Shown here: positions 26,241 through 37,272 of the stretch, piece after piece
Layout: every line of letters begins with the position of its first letter
Position numbering within the stretch: the stretch's first letter is position 1
NCBI RefSeq assembly: GCF_028641065.1
Contig: NC_073389.1
Span: 18,414,001-18,478,000, forward strand
DNA: 64,000 bases
Direction: 5' to 3'
Origin: Leucoraja erinacea
Taxonomy: Eukaryota
Made by a program: the position numbers and the translations under genes
The notes under the pieces: model-generated
What the model was told of the DNA's origin: nothing
Databases searched by the model: none
Seen by the model: the letters and a program-made list of their open reading frames with translations, nothing else

Positions 26241-27288
26241 TAGCAATGTTACAAAATTTTGAGATTTAAAAAATCAAGTCCGCAATTTATCCCATCAGAT
26301 AAACCATAAATAAAAGTTTAATTTGACACCTAATTCACTTTCATATCTTCAGTATTAAAAAAGAAATGGCCATTTTCATACTCTGAAATTAGCATCTTGT
26401 TCCCTATTGCTTTTCCATTGACTTAACTCAAAAGCTGTGATCAAGGACAGTCAAAAGCCCATAACTTTCTTACAAATTAACAGAACTGAATGAAATTTTC
26501 AGTTCTTATAGATTGAAGCATTTTGAAACAAATATGAAACAATCTTACTTGGATGACCTGAAATTAAAACATATAATTAGTTAGTTACCCAATTGTAGCT
26601 AATTACAAAATTCAATTACCAGATCTAAACATCTATCCATTTCTTAAGAAAAAGTTAACATTTTTAAATAGCCTAAGTGTTCAAATAACATTCACACAAT
26701 AATTCACAATACAATATGATTTTAAAATCCCATTGTCATTCATTTATAGGCCAAATGGAAGGAATTTGGTGTTTAATTCCCGTAAATTAATGGCCATTTA
26801 AATCATTTTGCGAGTGGGATTTTGTGGAACGCGCTGGTTTGGAATGTTGCATTTGCGGTGAATTTAAACGTCATATCGGCAGGGAAAATACTGAAATACT
26901 GAAATGTATATTTACATAATGATATTTTCACAATGTGAAATTTTGATTAAAGGCATCCTGAGAAGTAAGTTTATATATAAAATAAATGGCTTTCCTTTAC
27001 CTGTCCCGTACATGAAATCCGTCTCCGTTGTCGGCATTGACGGCTTTAGAAGATTACTTTTAATTTACTCCTGTTCGTAAAATATCCAGTGCAGTTTAAA
27101 AGAAACTTAATAAAACGGCAGTCAAAGCGATTATTCTTTAGCAGCTAAGCAGCCTGACAGACATCGATTTGAATAGGCTGGAGAAACAAGGCATTTTAAA
27201 CCCGCCCCCTCTCAAAGGCGCCAAAGTCGCGCACACGTGCAGCGACAGATCTGCAGTGTCGCTGAAGGTACGTTTTGTAACATACCTA
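26241..27288 (+). mobile_element. Non-autonomous DNA transposon, TAG..CTA ends, 7-bp TSD (ccagaag), inserted in Academ
   Basis: TIR tagcaatgttacaaaa / ttttgtaacataccta (14 of 16); ccagaag at 26234-26240 and 27289-27295. Confidence 0.92.
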
Positions 27289-27833
27289 CCAGAAGAGAAT
27301 ACATACAACCCAGTCTTGTCATCTATGTCAAAAGGATTCAGGAAGCTCTTCACAACATCGATGGCTTTCTTTACACATGCCTCACCTTTCCTTATCTCAG
27401 TTGATTGATGATGTCTGTGTTTGCTTCCACAATTGGTACCAGAAGTCATGTCTGCTAGGCTGGGAGTTGCAGAGAGAAAGTGTGCCCTTTCTGTTGAAGT
27501 TCGAACCCATCTCTGATAAGCACTGTGATTCTCCAAGATGCCGGAGAACCCAACACCACTACCACCACCTCGAGATTTGCCTTGCTTCATGATCGTCTCC
27601 TCAATCATTTTGTCAACAGCACATTGGTTTCCTGGTATGAACGACCTAGTGACACTGATGGCACCTCTTTCGAGGAAAGCCAGGATGTGGTTCTTCGATG
27701 TTTGCCAAGAACACAGCAAGGTAGGTCAGATAGTGGGAGTAATTGTGACCACCAAAGGTGAAGAAGAGATCAGCATAAGAAACAGACAGTGCAAGTAAAT
27801 GGAAAGTTGTTCTCTTTCACAGGCCTAATCAAT
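27289..27833 (-). pseudogene. Academ transposase middle segment
   Basis: FFTFGGHNYSHYLTYL; RGAISVTRSFIPGNQCAVDKMIEETIMKQGKSRGG; AYQRWVR; FLNPF. Confidence 0.75.
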
Positions 27834-29004
27834 ATAACCATATAACCATATAACAATAACAGCACGGAAACAGGCCATCTCGGCCCTACAAGTCCGTGCC
27901 GAACAAATTTTTTTCCCCTTAGTCCCACCTGCCTGCACTCATACCATAACCCTCCATTCCCTTCTCATCCATATGCCTATCCAATTTATTTTTAAATGAT
28001 ACCAATGAACCTGCCTCCACCACTTCCACTGGGAGCTCATTCCACACCGCTACCACTCTCTGCGTTAAGAAGTTCCCCCTCATATTACCCCTAAACTTCT
28101 GTCCCTTAATTCTGAAGTCATGTCCTCTTGTTTGAATCTTCCCTATTCTCAAAGGGAAAAGCTTGTCCACATCAACTCTGTCTATCCCTCTCATCATTTT
28201 AAAGACCTCTATCAGGTCCCCCCTTAACCTTCTGCGCTCCAGAGAATAAAGACCTAACTTATTCAACCTATCTCTGTAACTTAGTTGTTGAAACCCAGGC
28301 AACATTCTAGTAAATCTCCTCTGTACTCTCTCTATTTTGTTGACATCCTTCCTATAATTGGGCGACCAAAATTGTACACCGTACTCCAGATTTGGTCTCA
28401 CCAATGCCTTGTACAATTTTAACATTACATCCCAGCTTCTATACTCAATGCTCTGATTTATAAAGGCTAGCATACCAAAAGCTTTCTTTACCACCCTATC
28501 TATATGAGATTCCACCTTCAAGGAACTATGCACGGTTATACCCAGATCCTTCTGTTCAACTGTATTCTTCAATTCCCTACCATTTACCATGTACGTCCTA
28601 TTTTGATTTGTCCTACCAAGGTGTAGCACCTCACATTTATCAGCATTAAACTCCATCTGCCATCTTTCAGCCCATTTTTCCAAATGGCCTAAATCACTCT
28701 GTAGACTTTGGAAATCCTCTTCATTATCCACAACACCCCCTATCTTGGTATCATCTGCATACTTACTAATCCAATTTACCACACCATCATCCAGATCATT
28801 GATGTACATGACAAACAACAAAGGACCCAACACAGATCCCTATATAGCCCCGGCTATTTCTACACTAACTTCCCTCAATGTCCTAGGGAATATCCTGTCA
28901 GGACCTGGAGACTTATCCACTTTTATATTTTTCAAAAGTGTCAGTACTTCTTTTACTTTGAACCTCATAGTATCCATAGCTACTCTACTACATAGAGTAT
29001 ACTA
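27834..29004 (-). mobile_element. Young 5'-truncated, internally deleted CR1 LINE inserted in Academ
   Basis: Uninterrupted 304-aa RT C-half (27919-28833; YADDTK, RPNLEYGVQFW); (atggttat)n tail; probable 4-bp TSD caat (27830-27833 and 29005-29008). Confidence 0.95.
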
Positions 29005-29030
29005 CAATGAGAGAGCAATCCACACAGAAT

Positions 29031-29094
29031 CAAGATACAAGATACATTTATTTGTCACATGTACCAATTGGTACAGTGAAATGTGTGGTCACCA
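29031..29094 (-). mobile_element. Short Rex1-type 3' tail inserted in Academ
   Basis: atttcactgtaccaattggtacatgtgacaaataaa(tgtatct)n lies between the Academ codons for YM and DSVW. Confidence 0.65.
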
Positions 29095-29353
29095 TGTACG
29101 ACAACCAAAATTATGCAGTCTTCCTGAGAGATCCTTTTCGAACATCAGCTTTGAAGCTCTCATACGACTCCATCAATGTGCTGAGATCTGCATTGGCCAT
29201 GACTTCAGCAAGCGCCTGCTTTGTTGGCGATCGGATTAGCTCTTGAAAGATGCCCTTTGATTCCTCAGGTATACCTCAGGACAGCACTGCATCTTTTCCA
29301 GCCATAGCCAGGAATTCATCAAGAAGGAGCCTCTCCAAGCACTCCACCATCGT

Positions 29354-29496
29354 CAAAGCTGATCTTCAACATAGTCAAAGGAGGTCGAAGGAGGTCTTCT
29401 ACATAGTCGAAGGTGGTCTTCAACATAACATTTTTTTCAAACTCTCCTAAATTCTTCTAAACTCGCCAATTAGGTTGCCCAATTGGGACAGCCTCT
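29354..29496 (-). mobile_element. MITE end (family of 38092-38671)
   Basis: Reverse complement of ~38093-38235; ends tgggacagcctc. Confidence 0.75.
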
Positions 29497-29625
29497 TAAC
29501 TCAAAGAAGACCTATCCAGGCAGCAACTCTGCCCCTGTGCTACCATGCCACAAATCTGAAGATCTGAAAATAATTTTAAGGTTTGCTTGGTAAGTGTGTA
29601 GCATTACTCATATGATTTTTAACTA

Positions 29626-30349
29626 CAGGTGCACAACCTTTTATCCGGAGTTCCGGAAACCGAAAAACTCCGAAAACCGGCCATTTTTTCCAGGATGTCG
29701 TCTGCACACCAAAGCTCGAGTTTGGCGCCAAACTTGACCCGAAACGACCCACGGTCAACCCAGGTCTGTACTACTGTAGCGGTTGCCTCCTCCCTGGAGA
29801 CCGGGGAGACACCTAAACATCTGTAAATCATTGCTTAAATGTTTGTCAGTTAGTTTGGAGGGCTTTTATGTGAAGGGGGGGGTGAAGGGGTAAACTTAAA
29901 TTCTTAGTCCCCTACCTGGTCGGAGAGGCGGGGAGCGGTCAATGCCTTTGTTGGGAGTCGGCGGCGTCGCAGCGCTGGGATACCAGCGGGGAGCGGGCAA
30001 TGCCTTACCGGGTCGCCGTGCGGTAAGCTCCGGAGCGCTGTGGCCGCCGACTCCCAACATTCGCGGAGCTGGGGCTGTGGGCTGTAGGGGACTAAGAATC
30101 AAAGTTTCCCCCTTTACCCCCACCCCCCACCACCACATAAAATCCCTCCAAACTAACTGACTAACATTTATGCAATGATTTACAATGATTCCCCGGTCTC
30201 CGGGGAGGAGGCAGCCGCTCCAGACTTTTCAAGCCGCCCGCGCTACCTTCCTAATCTACGCTAAAAATCTTCCATTCGGAAATCCGAAAATGTCCGAAAT
30301 CCGCCAAGTGTCTGGTCCCAAGGCTTTCAGATAAAAAGTTGTGCACCTG
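29626..30349. mobile_element. Tigger/pogo-like (Tc1/mariner) MITE with internal palindromes
   Basis: TIR caggtgcacaaccttttatc / gataaaaagttgtgcacctg; TA at both flanks. Confidence 0.9.
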
Positions 30350-30889
30350 TATTTGCCTTTTAACATGAGGTGCAGGAATATCTGAATTGACCAGCTTGAT
30401 TCATTGAAGAGACTACAATCATTTGGTCTGCAATGTATTTGTAGGCAGGCAGATGCACAATACTTTGAAATTGTTGGGCATGAAATTCTGCCACAAGCGA
30501 AATAGCTTTAAAGGAAATCGGCTCCTGATTTACAGTACATTGCTATTCCAAGTTCCTGGAAACAAAAGCAAAAACTAGGCTCAGTGTAAAACAGAAATGT
30601 TTGTTTCAGGCCACTGATGAATGTCACCTTTTATCTTGCCTTCCCCGTCACATGTTGAAAGAGAGTTGTCCCATTGCACATTGCGCTTGATAGCAGATTT
30701 ATATATGGTTGGTGAGTAACGCTAACCAGTGCATACACAATGTTCTTCGTGAATGTATGATTAAATGTTTGTTGCACGCAATGAAGTTCGCTGTGACCTG
30801 TCACATGTGAGTATAAAGTATTCATTCATTCATGATTAGACACTGCACTTCATCTCTGGTACTTGAGTTCATATTTGGATGTGACACGA

Positions 30890-31352
30890 TGGTGTCAGTC
30901 CACCTTGGCCTTCGCGATCTCCCAGTTGCCAAACATTTTAACTCCCTTCCCAATCCCATACTGACCTTTCTGCCCTGGGCCCCCTCCAATGTCAGAGTGA
31001 GGCCTCACGCAAATTTGAGGAACAACACCTCATATTTTCCTTGCTTACAGCCCAGCTGTACGGACATTGATTTCTCTCATCTCAAATAACTCCTGCATTC
31101 CTCCCCCCTCTCTCCCTCTGTCTCCCACCCTCGTTGTCCTACTAATTCTACTATTCACATCCTTGTATCCCTCTCGTTAGTATATCTTCCACAGCCAAAA
31201 CTGGGCCGTTATGAACTCCACCTTTCCTGGGGTCATCTACTGCTGGCCCTACTTTATTCTGGCCTTTACTTGCCTCATGAAGGGTTCTGACCAGAAGCGT
31301 CACCTATTCCTTTTCTCCAGAAATGCTACCTGACTCCAGCATTTTGTGTCTA
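30890..31352 (+). mobile_element. Penelope 3' fragment (GIY-YIG C-terminus and pLTR)
   Basis: DLPVAKHFNS, KFEEQHLIF-like segments; decayed pLTR at 31278-31352. Confidence 0.7.
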
Positions 31353-31364
31353 TCTCACGTTCAC

Positions 31365-31590
31365 GTTAAAGGAGTAGAATTAGGCCATTCCGTCCATCAA
31401 GTCTACTCCTCCATTCAATCATTGGCTGATCTCGGCCACCTAATCCGATTTTTCTGCCTTCTCCCCATAACCCTTGACACCTGTTCTAATCAAGAATTGT
31501 CTATCTCTGCCTTAAAAATATCCACTGGCTTGGCCTCCACAACTCTCTGTGGCAATGAGGTCCACAGATTAACTACCCTTGGACTAAAGA
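31365..31590 (-). mobile_element. CR1 3' fragment
   Basis: ggagtagaattaggccattc tail; RVVNLW-like segment. Confidence 0.8.
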
Positions 31591-32362
31591 CAGTGATCGA
31601 TGTTGATTGCGATTACCTGATGTGAAAAGTGAGTTATTGTCCAATAATATCATTGTTCACTTCATGAATGCAAAACAGTGCAGTAAATATGTGGCCAGGC
31701 CACAAATTAATTCACTTATTTCTCTATGTTTTTAATTTCACATGGGTTTCACAATGTATAATTGCGTAATGGCATTGATCAATTGTGTGAACCTTTCACA
31801 TCAGGTCACCGTTCAAATTGGCTTCTCTTTAACGTTTTGGTTTGACAAATAAAAGCCTTATGATTAAGTGATTTCATAGTAAATAGAATTACGCTAACCA
31901 ATGCCTCTTTTATTGAAATACAATGACAGAGGCTACGTTATTAAATTGAGAAAAATATCCAGGATGATGCTCTACATGCTAATATTAAATTTGTTAGTAA
32001 TCGTTACAGCAGTTATAGTTTAAATTGTATATCTATCTGCCCTTGGAATGTAAGTAATATCTGAAATATCATTATAACTTTACAGTATGTGTTAAAAAGT
32101 CACATTTTATTAATTTGGTATAAAAGATTAAGTAATAAACACTGTAAGTAAATGCTGAAAAAAAAATCTCATGATTCTAAACCCTCCCTATACATTTGCA
32201 TGAACAAATATCTTACAAAAAATTGACTGGGTCTATTTAGCTCAGAGTATCTTGTCATTTATAGTATTTCAATCTATGTAGCTAGACAAGATCTATTCCT
32301 TCTGAATTCAATTTATAAGAGATGGCACCAAACTGGTTAAAGTTGCGAGAATATCTACACAT

Positions 32363-32600
32363 AGTTAGAGTTTGCTTTAGACTTTAAAGATGCAGTGCGG
32401 TAACAGGCCTTTCGGCCCACCAAATCCGTACCGACCAGCGATCACCCCGTATACTAACACTATCCTACACATTAGGGACAATTTACAATGTTTACCGAAG
32501 CCAATTGACCCTCAAACCTATGTGTATTTGGAGTGTGGGAGGAACCTGGATCTCTGGCACTGTAAGGCAGTAGCTCTACTGCTGTGCCACCGCACCGCCC
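32363..32600 (-). mobile_element. HE1/V-SINE, internally deleted
   Basis: Tail and head present, centre missing. Confidence 0.85.
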
Positions 32601-33344
32601 AGTTGGTAAACTCAGTGGATGTAGGACATAGGAAAGGAGTAAAGGTAATGCTACTCAACTGTTCGAACAGATCATGGCTCATTTGATCATTGTCTCAGCT
32701 ACACTTCACATACACCCACACCCGCCCCCCACCATCAAAAACAGCCTGTGTGACACAACCTATATAATTAACAATATAGCCTCCAAAATTCTCTTGGGAA
32801 GGGATCTGAAAAATTCATGACCCACATGAAGGGAAGTATTAATACATAATTCTTAAAAATCATCACAGGCACACATAGTTACAATGCCTGTCTGTCCATT
32901 TCATATCTATTTGTAAGTTTACCATGAAACTAGGAACTACAGACACTGGTTTATAAAATAAAACAAAGTGGTGGTAGTGGGTCAGGCAGCATATATGGAG
33001 AACATGGACTGGCGACATTTTAGTTGTGACTCTTCTTAACCCTGATTCTAGTAGGAGAGAGGAAACCAGAAAAGAGGTGGGGGCTGGAGTAACCCTGGCA
33101 AGTGATAGGTGGGGACAGCTGAAGGTAGACAAAGAAATTAAAACAAATGGCTGTAAGGTAAAGAAGAGAGAAGTGCAAAGTGAAGCCAGAGGAAGGGATA
33201 TAGGTGGAAGAGAAGGGAGGTAAGGAAATAGGGGGGAAGGCCAGGATAGTAGGAGACATGGGCGTGAACAAAGTCCCGTCGGCTGCCAAGAACGAAGACC
33301 CAATGGCCACGTGCCACAGAAGTTAGGAAGCCCCGAAGACTGGA

Positions 33345-34247
33345 GAGTGAGAGTGAGAGAGAGTCAATTTAATTGTCATTTGGACCCCTGGAGGTCCAAA
33401 CGAAATGCCGTTTCTGCAGCCATACATTACACACAAATAGACCCCAGACACAACATAATTACATTTTACATAAACATCCATCACATAGCTGTGATGGAAG
33501 GCCAAAAAACTTATCTCTCCACTGCACTCTCCCCCCCCCCCGATGTCAGAGTCAAAGTCAAAGCCCCCGGCTGGCGATGGCGATTGTCCCGCGGCCATTA
33601 AAGCCACGCCGGGTGGTGCGAGGTCGCACACCGGGTCTTGGTGTTGGAGCCCCCGGTGTGCGCTCGCAAAGTCCCGCGGCCATTCCAGCCGCGCGGGGCA
33701 GTGGTGTCAGGCCCCGCTCCAGGAGCTCTTCGACCCCGCAAATCGGGCGGGAGAATTCGCCGTTGCAGGAGCCCCGAAAAGCGGTCTCCCTCCAGGGATC
33801 CGCGGGCTCCCGGTGCCGCCGTCCGCAGACCCGCAGTAGCAGCCTCCGCATCAGCAGCAGCAGCAGCAGCGGCATCGGCAGCAGCAGCAGCAGCAGCAGC
33901 AGTGGCAGCAGCAGCGGCAGCGCTCCTCCACCGCTCCACCCGCTCCGGTCTCGGCCAGCTCCGCGACGGCAACGGTGAGTCGGCACCAGAGTCCCTGGCT
34001 TCTTCCCGTTGGAGGCCGCTCCTCGTTGCGGCCTCAACGACACCTGAGACCCGACGAGAAAAGGTCGGGTCTCCAGTGCAGGGAGAGATTCAAAAGTACC
34101 CCCCCCCCCCTCCCCCCCCCCCCCCATCCCCCCACACACACACACCCCAACATAAAATAACAAAAACTACATAAAAACACAGACAAAAAATAATAAAACG
34201 CGGACAGGCTGCAGAGGCCGCTGCTGGCCAGAGCCGCGCCGCCTACC
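33345..34247 (-). mobile_element. Non-autonomous Rex1-type retroposon, GC-rich, with a (CTG)n tract
   Basis: Minus-strand tail catttcgtttggacctccaggggtccaaatgacaattaaattgactc(tctcac)n; GCA repeat 33836-33920; no RT; ggag on both flanks. Confidence 0.65.
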
Positions 34248-35461
34248 GGAGGAGGGAGCTGCTGGCGGGACGGATGTGAGGAGTGGGCCGGTAGGAGAGG
34301 GACTGGGGTATTATCTCCAGCACCTTCAAGATTGGCTGATGAAGGCATCCCCGGGACACAGGGTGGGATCAGCAGAGGAGAGGGAGGTCGGGTTGCGGGC
34401 CTGTGGGCTTGGATCAGGGGCACTCCAGGACTTCCAACATGTGGACTGGACTTGGTGCTGTCCATATTTTCCGTTTTTTAAATTTTAAACGGTGTCAAAA
34501 CTGTGGCGACTGCATCTGTGGCCGTGCAAAAGAATTTCACTGTGCTGTGTATACGTGCCAACTTTTAACTAGTGAGCCACTGAGGGAGATTCATTAATCC
34601 ATCATCTTATTCAGGGTAGATTGGAGCTTAACATGCCGTGGATGGTTCTGTCACATTTGCAAACTTTTCTTGCCTACTTGGAGACAGGTCTTTTGGAATG
34701 TAAGCTCAGCTCTGATGGTTTGCACAATCTCCCTCCAGGCAAACGGAATTTGCCGAGAGGGACACCCTTAGGAATTCTCTTGTACCTGACATCTTCCAGC
34801 AGCACCTCCCTGTTATGCCAGGCAACTCTGGTGAAGTGACACACCAATGTGCCATTTGCTCACGGTGTAATGCAGAATGAGTGGGCGAGAAACAAACCTT
34901 CCATTAAGTGCCTGAAGCCATCAAGGCAGCAGCAGATATCCTGAACTTCCCTTGTCTGATATGTTAACCTCCAGCAGCGTACTTGAATGTGCATTGGTGT
35001 ATGACCCAGGCCTCTCAGGACAGCTGTATATTCTCTGGGTGGACACAATGCCCACATCTCCATGTTTATTGACAACAGGCTCAATCTGAAGAAGGGTCCC
35101 AATCCGAAACATCACCAATCTATGTTCTCCGCAGATGCTGCTTGACCCACTGAGTTACTCCAGCACTTTTTTTCCTTTTGTGTAATAACCAGCATCTGCT
35201 GGTGACACTTATTCTCATAGAAATAAATCAAATAATCTTAACATTTCCTGTTCTATTAGGAGTCTGCCTTGAATGCATCCCCCTTTCCCCAGTTTCCTTC
35301 AATATGCTAGATCATAAATAAAAAGAGACAAAATACAAATATTGTAATTACAGCAAGTTCCACTTAGATTCCATTTATGTATAGCATATTATAATGTACA
35401 CTGTTTACTGTGTAATCTTCATGCAAACAAATAATTTCTTTGCACAATGGTGTTCAGCTTA

Positions 35462-35840
35462 ACTTTAGTTTAGTTTTGAAATTAGGCGCGCAAACAGGTC
35501 CTTCGGCCCACCGAATCTGCACCAACCAAGGACCTGTTTGCGCGCCTAATTTCAAAATTAAACTAAAGTTAAGCTGAACACCATTGTGCAAAGAAATTAT
35601 TAATTATACAATAGCACTATACTACGCACTTGGGACAATTTACACTTTTTATCAGTCAAATTAACCTACTAACCTGTACCTCTTTGGAATGTGGGAGGAA
35701 CCTGGAGCACACAGAGAAAATCCATGTGGTCACAGGGAGAAGGTATAAACTCCGTACAGACAGCACCCGTAGTCAGGATCCAACCCGGGTCTCTGATGCT
35801 GCAGGGCAGCAACTCTACCACTGCACCACTGCGCCGCCCG
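35462..35840 (-). mobile_element. HE1/V-SINE with an inverted duplication of its tail and flank
   Basis: SINE head at 35840; 35528-35601 is the inverse of 35430-35503. Confidence 0.85.
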
Positions 35841-36659
35841 TGTATACGACAATAATCTAATCCAAATCAGTATTCAGTGCAAGAGCCCTTCTATCTATTT
35901 CTTATCTACTATTTCATTGTCATTGTTAAACATGACACCTGGCAGAATTGCATGATCAGATTTGCCTCTGGATTGAATGAAATGAACTGCATTAGGATTG
36001 ATGGCAGTAACTTCACTACAAATTTTCACTGCAAAAAAAATGAACCACCTCCCAATCTACCAAGTCATTGAAGCATTGTTTTAATCAGGTAGATTTCACT
36101 ATTTTATAGCATACAGTATCCAATTACAAATTACTACAGTAGAAATGACAGCCTTTTGGGAATGAAAGTCTATTCAAGAAGGTTACATCTTGCACTAACA
36201 TCAAAGCTGGCTTAATGTACTCCATTCATATAGCCCGGAAAAGTCCTTGACATTTATGCATTGAACATATAATTGCGATTTTACAAAGCTTTGCACTCTC
36301 CAGTGCCTTTCAATTCCCATTAACGTATATTGGATCAGGGAGGTATCAATACACTGTACAAATACCTTGACAAATTCGCTGTTGATAACATATGTGACAA
36401 GAGAGTTAATCACTATATTCACACTTGCTAGAAGCTGTATGGTGCGTTATATGGAGTTGCACAGTCGGCAAACAAATTATTTGCTTGAGGATCTACTGAA
36501 GTAGACAGGACAACAAGCTTTGTTTTTAACATAATAGGATTACATTCACACTGAGCTTTCTGTTCCATATTTATTAATGTTGAACTGTGATGTTGTAAAA
36601 TATATAATTGAATTGAGTAATTGATAAGAATTGGAGTGCTTTTAGAGGCTATTTGGTCG

Positions 36660-36915
36660 ATTTATTTCAGTATAAAGAAACAGCATGGAAACAGGTTCTT
36701 CGGCCCATCGAGTCAACAGCGACCATTGATCGCCTGTTCATACTAGTTCATCGTTATTCTACATTCCTATCTGAGATTTGGACACTTTTTAGTTTAGTTT
36801 AGAGATACAGCGGGAAAAACAGACCCTTCATCCCACTGGGTCCATGTCGACCAGCGATCCCCACATATTAACATTATCCTACACCCACAAGGGCCAATTT
36901 TACATTTACCAAGCC
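36660..36915 (-). mobile_element. Two HE1 3' fragments
   Basis: agcatggaaacaggttcttcggccc and agagatacagcggg tails. Confidence 0.7.
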
Positions 36916-37272
36916 CAAGTGAAATATTTCTCTGGCATCATCCTGTGAAACTCGGCCACATACAGGGACCACGCTGAGAATATCAGGTCTGAACTTTGGG
37001 GGCGAGCTCTACACTCATGGCATTTAAAGGGATCATCAATTACTTGTAGGTTTTTTGTGGGGTCAGTTGAAACAGAGCTCCTTGGAGGTAGATCCACAAA
37101 TATTTGCAACTGCAAAAAGCTAGATTCACTTTCAGATTCTGTACCAGGGTTGTATCCAGGGGCATGTGCCTGCCTCGCTATAATCATCTGATAATATATC
37201 TAATGTGAGATTATGAGCAAATGTTTACAATGCTACTTTACACTGAGACTTTTGTCTCGTGTACCAAGGTAC

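Larger units (their letters stand above)
24987..29353 (-). mobile_element. AcademX-type DNA transposon remnant (transposase plus XPG/PIN nuclease) with three nested insertions
   Basis: Rebuilt peptide includes ECLERLLLDEF..KTA*FWLSYMDSVWIALSLIRPVKENNF..GGHNYSHYLTY..DKMIEETIMKQGKSRGG..NPF..SSG..KLKTM..YFLTPVPYSI..VVFSTDMYKPDSVK..EETDLRVILY..LHAFSGCGSTSAFKGIGK; candidate terminus tagtccatgggcc at 24987. Confidence 0.8.

Noticed and set aside
27138-27288. C-terminal part of the 193-aa ORF (RYVTKRTF..)
   Set aside because: Read-through into the inserted 7-bp-TSD element; the true Academ frame continues at 26240.
33373-34174. Overlapping 120-200-aa ORFs with poly-Ala, poly-Ser and poly-Leu (homeobox-like look)
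   Set aside because: Open on both strands because of GC richness and the GCA repeat; no domain; lies inside a retroposon with a Rex1-type tail.
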